This document shows positions 1 to 13,973 of a DNA stretch of 64,000 bases, one piece after another; positions within the stretch are counted from its first letter, which is position 1; the number at the start of each line of letters is the position of its first letter. The notes beneath the pieces were generated by a model. The model saw only the letters and a list, made by a program, of their open reading frames with translations. It made no database searches and was not told the origin of the DNA. Source of the DNA: Octopus vulgaris (lineage: Eukaryota); assembly GCA_951406725.2 (NCBI GenBank), contig OX597814.1, positions 125,798,001 through 125,862,000 of the forward strand. The letters are read 5' to 3'. A program made the translations under genes and the position numbers.

Positions 1-280
1 TCTTAGATGGAAGATAGAAGATGGTAGTGTTAACAACAAGGGAAGCGGGGATGATGTCTCAAAACTTTACTCACGACTATATGTATATATATGAGCATAT
101 GTTATGTGTGTGTGTGTATGTTATATACATATAAATGTTTTACACATTCTCGTCTCTCACTCCCTCTCTTTACATATACATGCACACCCACATCTATATG
201 CGTGTATATATATATATATGTGTGTGTGTTTGTGTGTATGCATGTATATATGTATACATACATTCATATCTATCTGTCTG

Positions 281-339
<59 letters not shown>

Positions 340-417
340 CTATCTATCAGTCTGTCTCTCTTTCTCTTTCCCTCTCTATCTACTTATATATCAATCTCTC
401 TCTCTCTCTCTCTCTCT

Positions 418-473
<56 letters not shown>

Positions 474-749
474 GCACACATACACATTTATCCGCCTATA
501 CCTGTCTGCCTGTATGTATGCATATACTTCTGTTTTTTGTTTGTTTTTTAAAGCTAGAAAACCACAATTTCGACGAAAACTTGTCAATACATAAATGGAT
601 GTATTTATTTAAAAAGAAAAAAAAAGACTTACACACCTAGTCGCGATTCCTTCCCTACAGGTTTTGACATATACTGCAGAGAAGGAAACGAGATTATAAA
701 AATGATTGATTTTACATATACATACGTCTGTGTGTTTGTGAGTGAGTGT

Positions 750-834
<85 letters not shown>

Positions 835-920
835 CATACATGCACACATGTGAAGGTGGTGCTGGTACTCGACGATGGCATTTGCTCTGATAGCTAAAAT
901 AAACTAAAGATATATACATA

Positions 921-1009
<89 letters not shown>

Positions 1010-1592
1010 TTGGAAAACTTAGAATGTATATATATTTGTATGTATATGTATCTATATATGCATATATATATGCTTGTATGTATGTATATATATATACATA
1101 CAAGCATATATATACATATGCATGTATACATATATATATATAAATACATATATATATATATAAACATGAGTAGCATATATTTGTGTATGTACATACGTAT
1201 GTCTGTCTGTGCGCATGCATCACCAGCATGCGATTGGTGTTGGAAGTGTATGGTATCAAAGCTAACGGTAGCAAGCGTACTTTGTTCTGCTAACAGTATT
1301 TCTGCAACCCCTGAACACCACATTTCAGATTGGACCTTAGATCTGGTGTAATAAATCTGGCAAATACAAAAATCAAAAACCTATTAGACTTCAGTGTAAG
1401 GGTAAGGGCAGGAGGGGTGACGGAGGAAGATAGATCTAGGGAGAGGGTGGCGGTGCTAGGAGAGGGTGATGATGGTGCTGCACTTGTAACCGTTTTCTTG
1501 ATGTGGTCTAAAAAAACATTGATCAATACTGGTTAGTCATCTGTGATCTAACGAGACACACACACATATATGTACATGTATATGTATGTATG

Positions 1593-1671
<79 letters not shown>

Positions 1672-3558
1672 ATGTATGTATGTATGTATATATATATGTA
1701 CAGACACATATACATGTATTTATACACATACACATGTATGTATATATATGAATGTATATGTATACATGTATGTATATATGTATGTATGTGTATATATTTA
1801 TATTTATATATATATATATATACACAAATGTTCACATACATACATTCAGACACGTGTGTGTATGTATATATGTGTGTGTGTGTATACGTATACATATATA
1901 TATAGATATACAGATATACAAGTATATCATTATACACATGTATATACATACAAATACATACATATATCACGTGTTTGCTTTTTTTTTTTTTTCACCTTTT
2001 GTTGTCTTCTGCTTGGAAATGATCCTAAAAGTTAAAATTGAGCAAATATTTTTGGCGTATTCATAAGACAGATCGCACCTCTCACTCGCAATCTCGTCTT
2101 CACATTCTGAAGATGTAGAAAACAATAAAACACCTTTATGTAAAATTGTTTTTACTCTAACAAATAGAGCTGACTACATTTAAAAGAATGGGTGAAATGG
2201 TCTAAATAAGTAGTGTGTGCCTGGTAGCTCGATATCCTGGAAATGGTAACTATATCGCCGTCAAACCATACCCTAATGTCTTAATGAAATGACTTTTCGA
2301 AACGATGTGGTCATAGTTGGGACGTATTTTTGTTCAGTGAAGTAGAATAGCAGCACCCATGACCCTTTTGAAGTTTCTAGGGAGTAAAGTTTTTATTCCT
2401 CAAAGCGAGGAAGGTCAGGAGCGATTGCTTGCAATAGAGTAAACTCTGCTGAAAAAGAAAAAAGGAAGAAAAAAAAATGCACTCAAGGACCAGTGGTAGT
2501 GGTGGTAGTGGTGGTGATGCTAAGCCAGGCGATGAATTAGACTGTCTGCTCTCACCCGCCGAAACAGGAGCAGTTTGCACAATGGGGACCCACCTAAGTT
2601 CCATCTCCCAAACTTCACTCGCAAGGTTGTGGAATGGTAGAAGATGCTTGCCCAAGGTGCCATACAATAGGTGTGAACACGAAACCACCTGGTGGTTAGG
2701 CGAAGTTCTGAACTACATGTTTCATCGCAGGCCTACTAAATCAAGATTAACCTGGCGCTTAACATCAGTAAACAGCTGACGGAAATCGCATGAATGCAGA
2801 ATTAATAAATAAGAAAAATTATAATAGCTAAAAGAATGTGGCGCGTGATTCCTAAGAATCACATTGATGTGACGGTGCTAATATAACTAATAATGTCTCT
2901 AACATAATTACAGGGCCAGGAATTTGGGTTTAGAGGGGAACAGCTGATTAAATGGGCGCCAGTATTTGAGACTACCAGTTTATTTTATGGGCCCCTTAAA
3001 GGATGAAAGGTAAAGTTGAACAAGATAGGATTTGAACTCAGAATGCAAACAAGAGAAAGAAATACCTCAAGACATTTTGTTCGATCCACCGCCCATCAGT
3101 TACAATCCAATATGACTTGATGGAAGAAAGACTTTCCTTTTCGTGAAACAAGCCAATGCACTATTTTTTTTTATATATTTTTTCGCGTACTGACATAGAC
3201 ATCCGTTCAGTATTCGTGCCATTGGCCTAGCCGAATATCACAGGCATGACAACTGAAAGTTAATATAAAGACGGCGGGATGCATCGACCCAACGCATGGA
3301 TAGAAGCAGGGTTTTATTTGAAAGCGACATTTATCCGTCTACTCACAGCATCGCCATAGGATACGTACAGCTTTATATGGATCCAACAGCGTTATTATCC
3401 GTTGGGTCATTGCACCCTGGTGAACGCTGCCGCTACGTAAATCTGTGATTGCACATTAGCCATGAAGCTGGAGTATTTTGCTGCTCAACTACGCATCTAT
3501 CTAGAGATCACTACATGTAGGCGCGCTCCATAGTAGCACATCTATAAAAGGGGGAAAA

Positions 3559-3597
<39 letters not shown>

Positions 3598-3608
3598 TAT
3601 ATGTGTAT

Positions 3609-3682
<74 letters not shown>

Positions 3683-4159
3683 GGATAGCGTTTGTATATG
3701 TGTGTGTGTATAGATACTTAATGTTTGTGTTTCATTAAATGCACGACTGTGTTCAAGTTTTATCAATTATTTTAATCTTTTGTATCCGCTTACTTTTTTT
3801 TTACAGCTAGTTTGGAACAATAAAGTTTCTAAATTCATATTTGACATTTCCAGACCTTCGCTATCTCATTTTCAAGAATTGAATGTACTTGGCGTCTACG
3901 TTTTTTCTTATGTACTGAATGAATTCACAGAGACTTTCTTGCGAAAGGTTTTTTTTCTTTCTTTTTTCTTTTCTTTTTTTCTGACAGGTCACATGTTGAT
4001 TTGCTATGCTGTGATCAAATTTTTGACCGCTAGGTTTTCATGTCAAAAGTCACGTGTTAATTTTTTGATGTGTGTTTGCCCGTTTATTTAAGTATTGCGT
4101 TGCGTCATGAGTATAGCTTTCTTGATTAATCTATTTTTGTAAAGAATTTTTATAGACTA

Positions 4160-4665
4160 CTAGCAGTATCGCCCGGCGTTGCTCGGGTTTGTAAGGGAAA
4201 TAACTATATAAGCATTTTTAGAGAGTTACTTCCCTTATAAATTCGGGCTTTCTTAGCCATTTTTGTTTTGGTGTCTTCAAGCCATGAAGGCGTTGTTCTA
4301 AAAGAACGCTGGTCTCCTTCACAACGCATTACGACGTTGATTTCTTTACACTCCCTTCCCCACAGCTTCACGAGGAAGGGAAGGGGGAGAAGCAAACAGG
4401 TGCAGCTGTGAGCGTGGACGCCAACTCCGCCGCTATCGACACACGATGCATTTTATGCATTAAAATGGAATAAAAAATTATGTTAAATTATTTTTAAAAT
4501 CGTAGACTCATCGTTGACGCGCGCTAATAGTCAGACGGGCTCGATATGAATCACGACTATAAGATACCCGAATTTGGTTAAACTGCACCGCAAAATGTGG
4601 GAGGAGTTAGGAATCTAAATCGAAGGGGACAGACACTCACACAACTAGAGTTTTATATATATAGA
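4160..4665 (-). mobile_element. Non-autonomous Helitron
   Basis: Minus strand begins TC and ends CTAG, inserted at A|T with no TSD; GC hairpin CCCGAGCAACGCCGGG near the 3' end. Confidence 0.9.
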
Positions 4666-4895
4666 TGTAAATATTATCTTCTTGTATTTTTCCTTGGTGG
4701 TGTGTAGTATAGTGTTTCGCATTAGTCCCTTGTTGTAAATCAACGGTTCTCAATCGGGGCCCATTTGACCCCGGGGGGGGGGTTCTATATAAGATTTTGG
4801 GGGATCGACGTTAGCAAGAGAGTAAACTGGGGATCCGCAATAGTTTTCTAAGTATCTATAAAAAGTTTTGATTTAAATGTATGAAAGAAGCCCGT

Positions 4896-4955
<60 letters not shown>

Positions 4956-4959
4956 TACA

Positions 4960-5037
<78 letters not shown>

Positions 5038-5195
5038 GTCAGGCGGTTTAGCTTAAATGGTAAAGCATTCCAACCGGATATTGGAGGGATATGAGTTCGA
5101 TCCTCATGGCTGGCTGCCGACAAATTTTTAAACGGTGGTGCATCAGCATGGCCACAGCTCTAAGCTGAAACAACAAGAAAAAAAATATATATATA

Positions 5196-5615
5196 CTAGC
5201 AGTATCGCCCGGCGTTGCTCAGGTTTGTAAGGGAAATAACTATATAAGCATTTTTAGTGAGTAATAGCAAAAAATGCATTAAAAATGGAATAAAAAATTA
5301 TGGTAATTTTTTTTTTTAATCGTTGACTCATCGTAGACATTTTAGTCGTTTAATCGTTGACTCATCGTAGACATTTTAGAGAGTTACTTCCCTTATATAA
5401 TAGCATTAAAATGCATTAAAATGGAATAAAAATGATGGTAAATTTTTTTGTAAATCGTAGACTCATCGTAGACGCGCGCTAATACCCAGAAGGGCTCGAT
5501 ATGATTACAACTATAAGATACCCGGTTTTGGTTACACTGCACCGCAAAATGTGGGAGTAGTTAGGAATCTAAATCGTAGGAGACAGACACACAACCTTAC
5601 TTTTATATATAAAGA
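5196..5615 (-). mobile_element. Non-autonomous Helitron, variant with internal duplications
   Basis: Same TC...hairpin-CTAG termini; repeated internal block gactcatcgtagac. Confidence 0.85.
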
Positions 5616-5705
5616 TTTGTGCAACAACTAAAACATTCGGTTGTGCAAATTGTTTGCACAGGAAACCTGCCCTGTGTGGCGGTAATTGCCGTTTTTGTGG
5701 ATCTG

Positions 5706-6129
5706 TTTCAGCTTTTTTAGCGATTTCTGTTTTGGCGACTTCAAGCCATGAAGTCGTTGTTCTAAAAGAACGCTGGTCTCCTTGACAACGCATTACGACG
5801 TTGATATCCTTACACTTCCTTCCCCACAGCTTACGAAGGAGGGAGAAGGGGGAGAAGCAACACAGGTGCAGGTGTGAGCGTGGACGCCAACTCCGCCGCC
5901 ATCGACACACGAAAAAATATGCATTAAAATGGAATAAAAAATGATGTTAAATTATTTTTAAAATCGTAGACTCATCGTAGACGCGCGCTAGTACCCAGAC
6001 GGGCTCGATATGAATCACGACTATAAGATACCCGAATTTGGTTAAACTGCACCGCAAAATGTGGGAGTAGTTAGGAATCTAAATCGAAGGGGACAGACAC
6101 TCACACAACTACAGTTTTATATATATAGA
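5706..6129 (-). mobile_element. Helitron 5' portion lacking its own 3' end
   Basis: Homologous to ~4245-4665 with the TC start, but no hairpin/CTAG before the next copy. Confidence 0.8.
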
Positions 6130-6449
6130 TATATATATATACGTTTGTGTGTGTGTCCTCCAACATCGCTTGACAACCGATGCTGGTGTGTTTACGTCCC
6201 CGTAACTTAGCGGTTCGGCAAAAGAGACAGATAGATTAAGTACTAGGCTTACAAAGAATAAGTCCTGGGGTCGATTTGCTCGACTAAAGGCGGTGCTCCA
6301 GCATGGCCGCAGTCAAAATGACTGAAGCGAATAAAAGAATAAAGAATCGCAAGAAACAACTGGATTTCTCTCACTAACATTTTACATAGTTCAATCTATA
6401 CAAGTGAGTGTGTGAATAACAAAATCTTGAACGATGTATCTACAAAATT

Positions 6450-6975
6450 AGTTTTTAAACATCGATTGGCTATGGGGGGTCGACCAGAATAAAATAGTAA
6501 TCAAAAAGGTCCATAGGTAGAAAAATTGTTGAAAACCAGTGTTGTAAATGCGTGTTGAGATTACAAGAAAGTGATGTACTAACTTGTCCGGTGTACCAGC
6601 TGCAGACAGGAAATTTGTAATTTTCAATTTTACAGTCAAATTTGTATACTATATTAGTCATTAGTAGCTTGTTCTTGGGCTTACATGTTTGTAGTGGGTT
6701 TTTGGTTTTAGTATTTTTGTAGTATATTATTAGATTAAGTTTATGGTCGGGTGTGATGCATTTTGTCTTCCGTTTTACGAGGTTTTTGATTATGAATCCG
6801 TCCGTTCGATAGTTTTTATGCATTTGAGCCATACAATAAATTTCATGTGTGATTTGTGTATTTTTATTTGGTGTATTCGCTGATGTATTTGTCGTATTTG
6901 CAGCGATATTCTTCTATAGCTTGGTCTACTGGTCTGTTAGAATATCCTTTGTTAATTAATGTTTGCTTAAGACAG
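6450..6975 (-). pseudogene. Degenerate PLE C-terminus (RT thumb/GIY-YIG relic)
   Basis: LINKGYSNRPVDQAI...LNLIIYYKNTKTKN...TNIVYKFDC...YTGQ..TSLS..L..H resembles Penelope-type GIY-YIG ends. Confidence 0.65.
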
Positions 6976-7626
6976 GAGGATTAACTGTGATATTTTGTAA
7001 AGTTGGAAAATCTGAAAGTCGATAACATCTAAGTATTTTGGAATCTGCTGGAAAGTTTAGAGAAAACTCTTTCTGCCAAGCTGAGTGTTGGTTGCTATTG
7101 ATGTTTAACCCAAGGTCAACTCTGATCAAGCAAACTTAAAAGTTATACCAGCCATGATCACGTCGCGTTTGTATTTCAGACACTATATAATTTGAATCTT
7201 ATTATTCAACGTGTCCATATTCAAAGTATATAGGATATTTGATTTCAGGAAATTTAGCTGCCTTTTCTTGATTCAAAGATACTGCAAAAAAGGAATATGA
7301 ACTGGAAAGGAATTGATCATAAATGGCAAAAACAAGCGAAAAACTAAACAGTATGGAGAAAGCTTATCAAGTCATGCCAAAGCATATATATAAACACTCA
7401 TAGTCGCGACTACAGACTACTGTAATAATAATAATAATAATTTCTTGAAGCCAGAACTGACCACGTACAGGTTCCTTCCTTGGCTGGCGAATGGTCCATA
7501 TTCGTGATGTAGTCTTGCTAGTATGTATATGTGATATACATCCTATGGTGTATTGTAGTGTTGTATACAGTATATAGTGTATATCAGCATTGTGTCTGTG
7601 TGTGTATATATGTATGTATCTATGTA

Positions 7627-7713
<87 letters not shown>

Positions 7714-7796
7714 TAAAAAAGAAAAAACAAAAGACGAAGACGGGTGTGTAAACAACAAACAGATGTATTAACTTAACGCTCGGGAGGTGAGAAAGT

Positions 7797-7832
7797 CTTT
7801 TACGTTTCGAGCCTACGCTCTTCGACAGAAAG
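7797..7832 (-). ncRNA. Minimal hammerhead-like motif (A6U variant)
   Basis: CUUU-CUGUCGA-A-GAGC(GUAG)GCUC-GAAA-CG-UA-AAAG. Confidence 0.55.
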
Positions 7833-8030
7833 GAACACAGAAATAAACAGGGAGAGAAAATAGAAAAAGGTTTAGTGGCTAGCGATCTATCATGGTGAAT
7901 GCCGGACAGAGGGGTCACAGAGGAGAGCTAGGAAGAAGGGGAAATAATAAAGTAGTGGTGATCCCAAAACGAAAGTGCTCATGCATATATCTGTGTGTGT
8001 GTGTGTGTATATATATATGTACATATATAT

Positions 8031-8068
<38 letters not shown>

Positions 8069-8119
8069 ACTGCGTGTGTACCGTTGGCGATTTTTTCCCT
8101 CTGTCTTCCCTTCTCCTAT

Positions 8120-8154
8120 GTTTCCGACGAAGAGCTCCGCTCGAAACGTTAGAC
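8120..8154 (+). ncRNA. Minimal hammerhead-like motif (U4C variant)
   Basis: GUUU-CCGACGA-A-GAGC(UCC)GCUC-GAAA-CG-UU-AGAC, with palindromic stem III. Confidence 0.65.
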
Positions 8155-8270
8155 CCTCCTTCTTTCCTGAGCGTCCAATAATACTATATTTGTTCAACGT
8201 CCTCGCGTTGTTGTGTTTTTTTGTGCTTTCATGTTTGGATTAATTTTATATATGTATATATATATATATA

Positions 8271-8648
8271 CACTTGCGTCAGAAATTAATTAGCACTTCT
8301 CAAATTTCTACATTAAATAGGTTAAATCAATTAACCTATGAGCTGTTCAAAACGTCGTACGCGATGAGAAAACTTAGTATGGTGTGATTTCGGTCCTTGC
8401 GAGGCGCTACCTATATCTATTAAACAAAGGAAGATTTGTCTGCATCCGCACTCCAATTTGTTGCACTGCTATGTCAACATCATAAGGCTGTAGACTCTCA
8501 AACTGCTCCGCAAACAAAGTTACGTCATCGTTCTGCGCAACAGTGAACTCGCAACAAAGCAATAGTTCGAGATATGGCCACTAGGTGACAGCATATACCT
8601 TGAGTGAAGAGCAAAGCAAGGGTGCTAATTAATTTCTGACACAAGTGT
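8271..8648. mobile_element. Tc1/mariner-type MITE
   Basis: ~26-bp TIRs cacttgcgtcagaaattaattagcac / gtgctaattaatttctgacacaagtg, in a TA context. Confidence 0.8.
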
Positions 8649-8924
8649 GTATATATATATATGTATGTATGTATGTATCTTGTGATGCAGGAGACCTTGT
8701 TGTATATATCTTATAGTGAAGATAATGTTTTATACTTTTGGTATTTAGTTAACCATGTTTCTGAAATCCTATAAGCAAAAGCAGACCATCCGATCATTTT
8801 ATGGGTATCTAGGACTACATTGTCCAGTGCGTCCTCCTTTACTTTTTGATGGAAATTTGACAACTATTTCTTGCAGGTCGGCCGACGTTGTAAGGAGTTT
8901 CCTAGTCGGCTTGTACATACTAGT

Positions 8925-9550
8925 GTGTATGACTGTTATATCCTGGCTATGATATATAGTAATGTTGTATCCTTCTTATGATGTATAGTAGTGTTATATA
9001 TGTTATAGTGCAAGAATGTGTTATACCCTTACTATGGTGTAAGATAGTGTTAAATCCTTGCTACATTATATGTTTATGTTGTGTAGTTACTATATTATAT
9101 GACTGTTGTATACTTGCTGTGTTATATGATACAGACGTTCCCTTGTTGTATAATTGTGTTATATCCTTACTATAATATATGGCTGTATTTTATTCATGCA
9201 GTGATGTATGATAGAGTTGTCCAAAGGCAATAGTTTATGGTTATGTTGTATCTTTGTTATGGTATATAACCCTGTTGTATCAAAGCTCGTATGGCATAAG
9301 ATACCGTGATATCTTTAGTGTATTGTATGGTGATATTATAGCCTTAATATGGTGTATTACTGTGTTGTATTCTGGTCGTGATGAACAGTTTTGTTATATC
9401 CTTGTTATATTGTATGGCTAATACTGTACTCTTACTTTTATATGGCCATTATTGTATCCTGAATATGGTGTATGGTAGTATTGTATTCGTTCAATAATGT
9501 ATGACAATTGTTGTTTCCAGGATATAAGTACCATTATTGGCATTTCTTTT
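8925..9550. repeat. Degenerate minisatellite (gttatatccttgttatggt-like units)
   Basis: Core recurs at roughly 30-35 bp spacing. Confidence 0.6.
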
Positions 9551-10243
9551 TCTTTTTCCTTTTTTGTCACTAACCATTTGTTCTGTGTGATACAAATATA
9601 TCTAATCGACACAGGTGTGTGTGTATATGTGTATTTATATTCATAGATAGATAGATAGGTAGATATTAATATTGATATAGAGTTATAAAGATATATAGAT
9701 TAAAAATATGAGACGAGGGGCTATATGACACATATCGCCTTCTATCGATTCATTGCCTACGACTTTCTTGTGTGTGGGTGTGTGTGTGTGTGTGTGTGTT
9801 TGTGTGTGCGCGAGCGCGTGGTGTGCGATCTGAAGCTAGTTAGATATTAAAAGCAACTGTAGGCCTGTGTGAAAATACGTTTGAGAAACCAGTCTATGAG
9901 AATGTGTCATTAATGAGAATCTGTATAGATTATAGATTTTTGTAGCTATACACGCGCGCGCGCCCTTACACGCGCGCACTTACCGACATATACATACATG
10001 CACAGATAGACACATGAATGCATATATATATACATGCATACGGACATACATATACATGCACATTTACAAAACACACATGCATACGTAAATACATATATGC
10101 ATGCATATATATATATACATACATAAATTCATATATACATATACACATGCATGCATACACACACGTACACATACATACATACATACATACTTATACGTTC
10201 GTACATACATACATACATACATATATACGTACATGCATACGTA

Positions 10244-10284
<41 letters not shown>

Positions 10285-11742
10285 GTACATACATACATAC
10301 ATACATACATACATACATACATACATACATACATACATACATACATACATACATACATACATGTGATACCATTCCTAACAGATATTTACTTAATGTGTAA
10401 TAAAACCAACTGTCTACTCCCAGCAATTATTAAATAATTAACTTTTCAATTAAACAATTTTTTTTCTTCCTCGTCCTCTCTAATTATTCCCCACTATTCC
10501 GCCATTTCTCTTGCCCATCTCCATTCCCGCCTGTCGTAATATATCTTGACATTTATCTGAAGAAATAAACACATATTCTATGACTGGAACGACCCGAATT
10601 AATTCAGCATCACATCTTCAGTTAAAACAATTCCTGTAGATAAAATTAGAAGAAATATTTCAGAATTGAAAAAAGAAAAAAACCAAAGATAATGGAAAAA
10701 AAAAAACCCTCTACAACATCGTGTCTTCCCGCCTAAATTAGCTCGTTTCTTGGCTTGAAACAGCTATTTTAACATTAAAAAAAACGGTTGCGGCATGAAT
10801 GTCTCAACACACTGCACTCCTTATATATTACTTGAAACCTTGAGAAAATTGAAGTAAAATACAATAAAATACGCTATAGAAAGGGAAAAAATCAATAAGT
10901 TTTATTCTTCTTCTATAATAATTGAATTTACATCTAGTTCGCTTTATTGGCACTAGCAGGACACATGAAAATTTAACGTTTCATAAATGTTCCAGTTTTC
11001 ATTTTTATCTTATATAATTTTCTTGCTTCAGTCATCGGACTGTAGCCGTGCTGGGGTTCTGGGATTCCTCTTTGAAGGGTTTAGTCGAACAAATTGATCC
11101 CAGTACTTATTTTTTGCAGTCTGGTACTTGATCTTCAAACTTTTTTTCCCATCTACCAGACATCTTTTTCTTTTTTAAAATAATTTTTTCCGTGGTAATT
11201 ATTCTAGCGGGTGGTTTTTTCAGGAACGTAAAAAAAACAACACCGGTTGTCAAGCGGTGGTGGTGAAACAAACAAACACACACACGTATATATAAGCATA
11301 ATATATATTTCTTTATTGCCCACAAGGGGCTAAACATAGAGGGGACAAACAAGGACAGACAAACGGATTAAGTCGATTACATCGATCCCAGTGCGAAACT
11401 AGTACTTTATTTATCGACCCCGAAAAGATGAAAGGCTAAGTCGACCCGGCACGAATATATAAGTATAATATAACACGAGGATGGAGGATAACACGCTTTA
11501 ATTGTAGATTACATTTGTTTCTTCTCCGTGCAAACGTTGTTACCCACTATTAGAGCCTGTTATCCTCCATCCTCGAGTTGTATTGTCCTTGCATTAATCT
11601 ATATAATTGAGCAGTTCTGCATGTGTGTCTAGCTCTAAAATATACCCAACTGTAGGATATGTGGTATCCAAAGAACGAGGCAAGAGCATTTATAATGCAC
11701 ATTACGAGGTTTTCACCCGAATTATACTGTTTATGTATGTAT

Positions 11743-11807
<65 letters not shown>

Positions 11808-11986
11808 ATAATAAATATTAGGGAATAAATCCAAATTTACAGGGAAAAAATCAGATTTAGGATTAAATCCAATTTTATAGTAAAATATTATATAATATTA
11901 ATTCGAGACAAAACCACTATTTTGCAAAACAAACAAGGAAAGACTTAATCAATACATAAATATTTTTAATATAAAGAAATAAACCG

Positions 11987-12029
11987 CCACTACAATCGTT
12001 TCATGTCTTCAATGACATTCGTCAGGTGG
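11987..12029 (-). ncRNA. Type I hammerhead ribozyme, mirror copy
   Basis: Exact reverse complement of 12081-12123. Confidence 0.9.
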
Positions 12030-12080
12030 ATTTTCGATCTCCTAATCTGTTTTAATTAAACAGATTAGGAGATCGAAAAT

Positions 12081-12123
12081 CCACCTGACGAATGTCATTG
12101 AAGACATGAAACGATTGTAGTGG
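12081..12123 (+). ncRNA. Type I hammerhead ribozyme, canonical core
   Basis: CCAC-CUGACGA-AUGUC(AUUGAA)GACAU-GAAA-C(GAUU)G-UA-GUGG; predicted cleavage after A12119. Confidence 0.9.
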
Positions 12124-12208
12124 CGGTTTATTTCTTTATATTAAAAATATTTATGTATTGATTAAGTCTTTCCTTGTTTGTTTTGCAAAATAGTGGTTTT
12201 GTCTCGAA

Positions 12209-12263
<55 letters not shown>

Positions 12264-12778
12264 GTCAGGCTTTCACACAGTCTCCGTGAACCAAATCCAT
12301 TCACAAAGCACTGGTTGGCCCATAGCCATAGCAGAAGACACTTGCCCAACATGTCACACAGTGGGACTGAACCTGATATCACATGGTTGCAAAGCAAGCT
12401 TCTTAACCACATATCCATGAATGAATAAATCTATTTAACTTCAGCACTGCTTCATTATTGTGTTAAAGAGTTTATGTCTTCGATTTCATTCCAAAGTTAA
12501 GGCTGGTTTTTAAAGCTTAATACTTGAAGTAGTTTCATTATCTTAAAGAATATGGAATATATCTTTGGTATCCTTCTATTCATAGATTCTTTTGTTTTTT
12601 ATTGAACCTCTTCGCTAACGATTTTGCCCACAAACAGTATTTTCGATACGACTGCTAAATATTTATATAACTGCTTTATATACTTAATATAATTTATATA
12701 TACTTTATATAATTGCTATATAAATACATTATATAATTGCTATATGAATACATCACCGTATCACAGTATCGACAAGAC

Positions 12779-13082
12779 CAGGCGTGGCCAACTCGAATTA
12801 CATTGCGGGCCACTTTAATCAGAGAGAGTTTTTTGAAGGCCGCTTGTATACTGACAGAATTGAAAGCATTTTGCTTTCTCATGCTATTATTACAATAATG
12901 AATGAATGATTGTTGATTCAACAATAAATATTATTGTTGCAAAAACAGTAGTAACTTCATTTTTTTTTCTTTTCATTACAATCTTTAATTTTTGATAAAA
13001 TGTTCGTTTAAATAAACTCATTTCAAGAAAGTATCAAGCGGGCCGCAAAATAAGTTTGCGGGCCTCAGGTTGACCAGCCCTG
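12779..13082. mobile_element. hAT (Charlie-like) MITE
   Basis: Termini CAGGCGTGGCCAAC / GTTGACCAGCCCTG, subterminal GCGGGCC motifs, near-matching flanks gacaagac/gactaagac. Confidence 0.6.
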
Positions 13083-13087
13083 GACTA

Positions 13088-13530
13088 AGACCATCAGATA
13101 CTGTTATACACTGCTGTTCACAATGCGCTTCCGGTTCTGTCTTGATTGCGCAATTCTTTTCCATCTTGACCTAAATCGTCTTTCCATCGTCGTGGAGGCC
13201 TTCCAATTGGCCTTTTCCGATCTCTTGGATACTACTACTCGGCAACTGCGCAAGTCAACCTGTTTGTGAACCATGCGACATGTCCGACTTAGCGAAACTT
13301 GTGCTTTCGGTACTCGGCGATGAAATAGTTCACCGCGTCTAGTTCTCGAATTATCTCATTTCGAATATGCTCTTGTAATGATATTCCTGGCATGGATCTT
13401 TCCATGGCCATTTGCATCGTAGCTAATGTCCTATCCTCTTCTTAGTAGCCTACGTCTCACTTGCGTATAAGAGCACAAGTAGGACAGTGCTGTTGAAGAG
13501 TCTGACACGCGGTATTGTCTAGCGTTGTTT
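13088..13530 (-). pseudogene. RTE-clade LINE 3' relic
   Basis: Broken frames LFNSTVL...YASET...MERSM.GISL.EHIRNE.IR...GHVA...YPRDRKRPIGRPPRRWKDD. Confidence 0.8.
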
Positions 13531-13867
13531 TCAGGACATCCTTTATTGAGAGCGATGGACCACGATATAAGACATAACAAGCATACTCATATATATGATA
13601 AACAGGCAGACAAGGAGAGAGAGACAGACAGACAGACAGACAGAGAGAACGACAGATGCACAGATGCAGATATGCCACGCATTACGGGAACAAACGTTGT
13701 GTACTTTAAAATCTTGTGGTAACTTGTAATTCCGCAATGCGAAACCTTGACTTTCAAGCTACATGGAAGTCAATGATATTCATAAAGGTGAGATACGTTT
13801 CAGGTTACAAAATTCCACTTCACATCAATTCATTGAACGCAAAGTTTCCGTAATGCAATGAATGTTT

Positions 13868-13923
<56 letters not shown>

Positions 13924-13973
13924 TCGTTCTATTTTACGTCCGATTTATATATTTTTATAAATATCTATTTGTA

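Larger units (their letters stand above)
11805..12215. mobile_element. Non-autonomous PLE-type inverted-repeat element within (TA)n
   Basis: Perfect inverted arms 11895-12052 and 12058-12215, 5-nt spacer, ~90-bp unpaired tail on the left, (TA)n on both sides. Confidence 0.85.

Noticed and set aside
91-2066. Many overlapping ORFs rich in YI/CV/HT/YLSI (also at 10, 19, 30, 44, 50 and 55 kb)
   Set aside because: They are translations of stop-free (TA)n, (CA)n, (TATC)n and (TACA)n microsatellites.
4204-4395. Recurrent 60-110 aa ORF (KLWGRECKEINVVMRC) at four loci
   Set aside because: It recurs because it lies inside the non-autonomous Helitron; no Rep/helicase motifs, and the frames differ between copies.
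5045-5125. tRNA-like sequence with A and B boxes
   Set aside because: No convincing acceptor stem and it is embedded in SINE fragments, so a SINE head or pseudo-tRNA is more likely.
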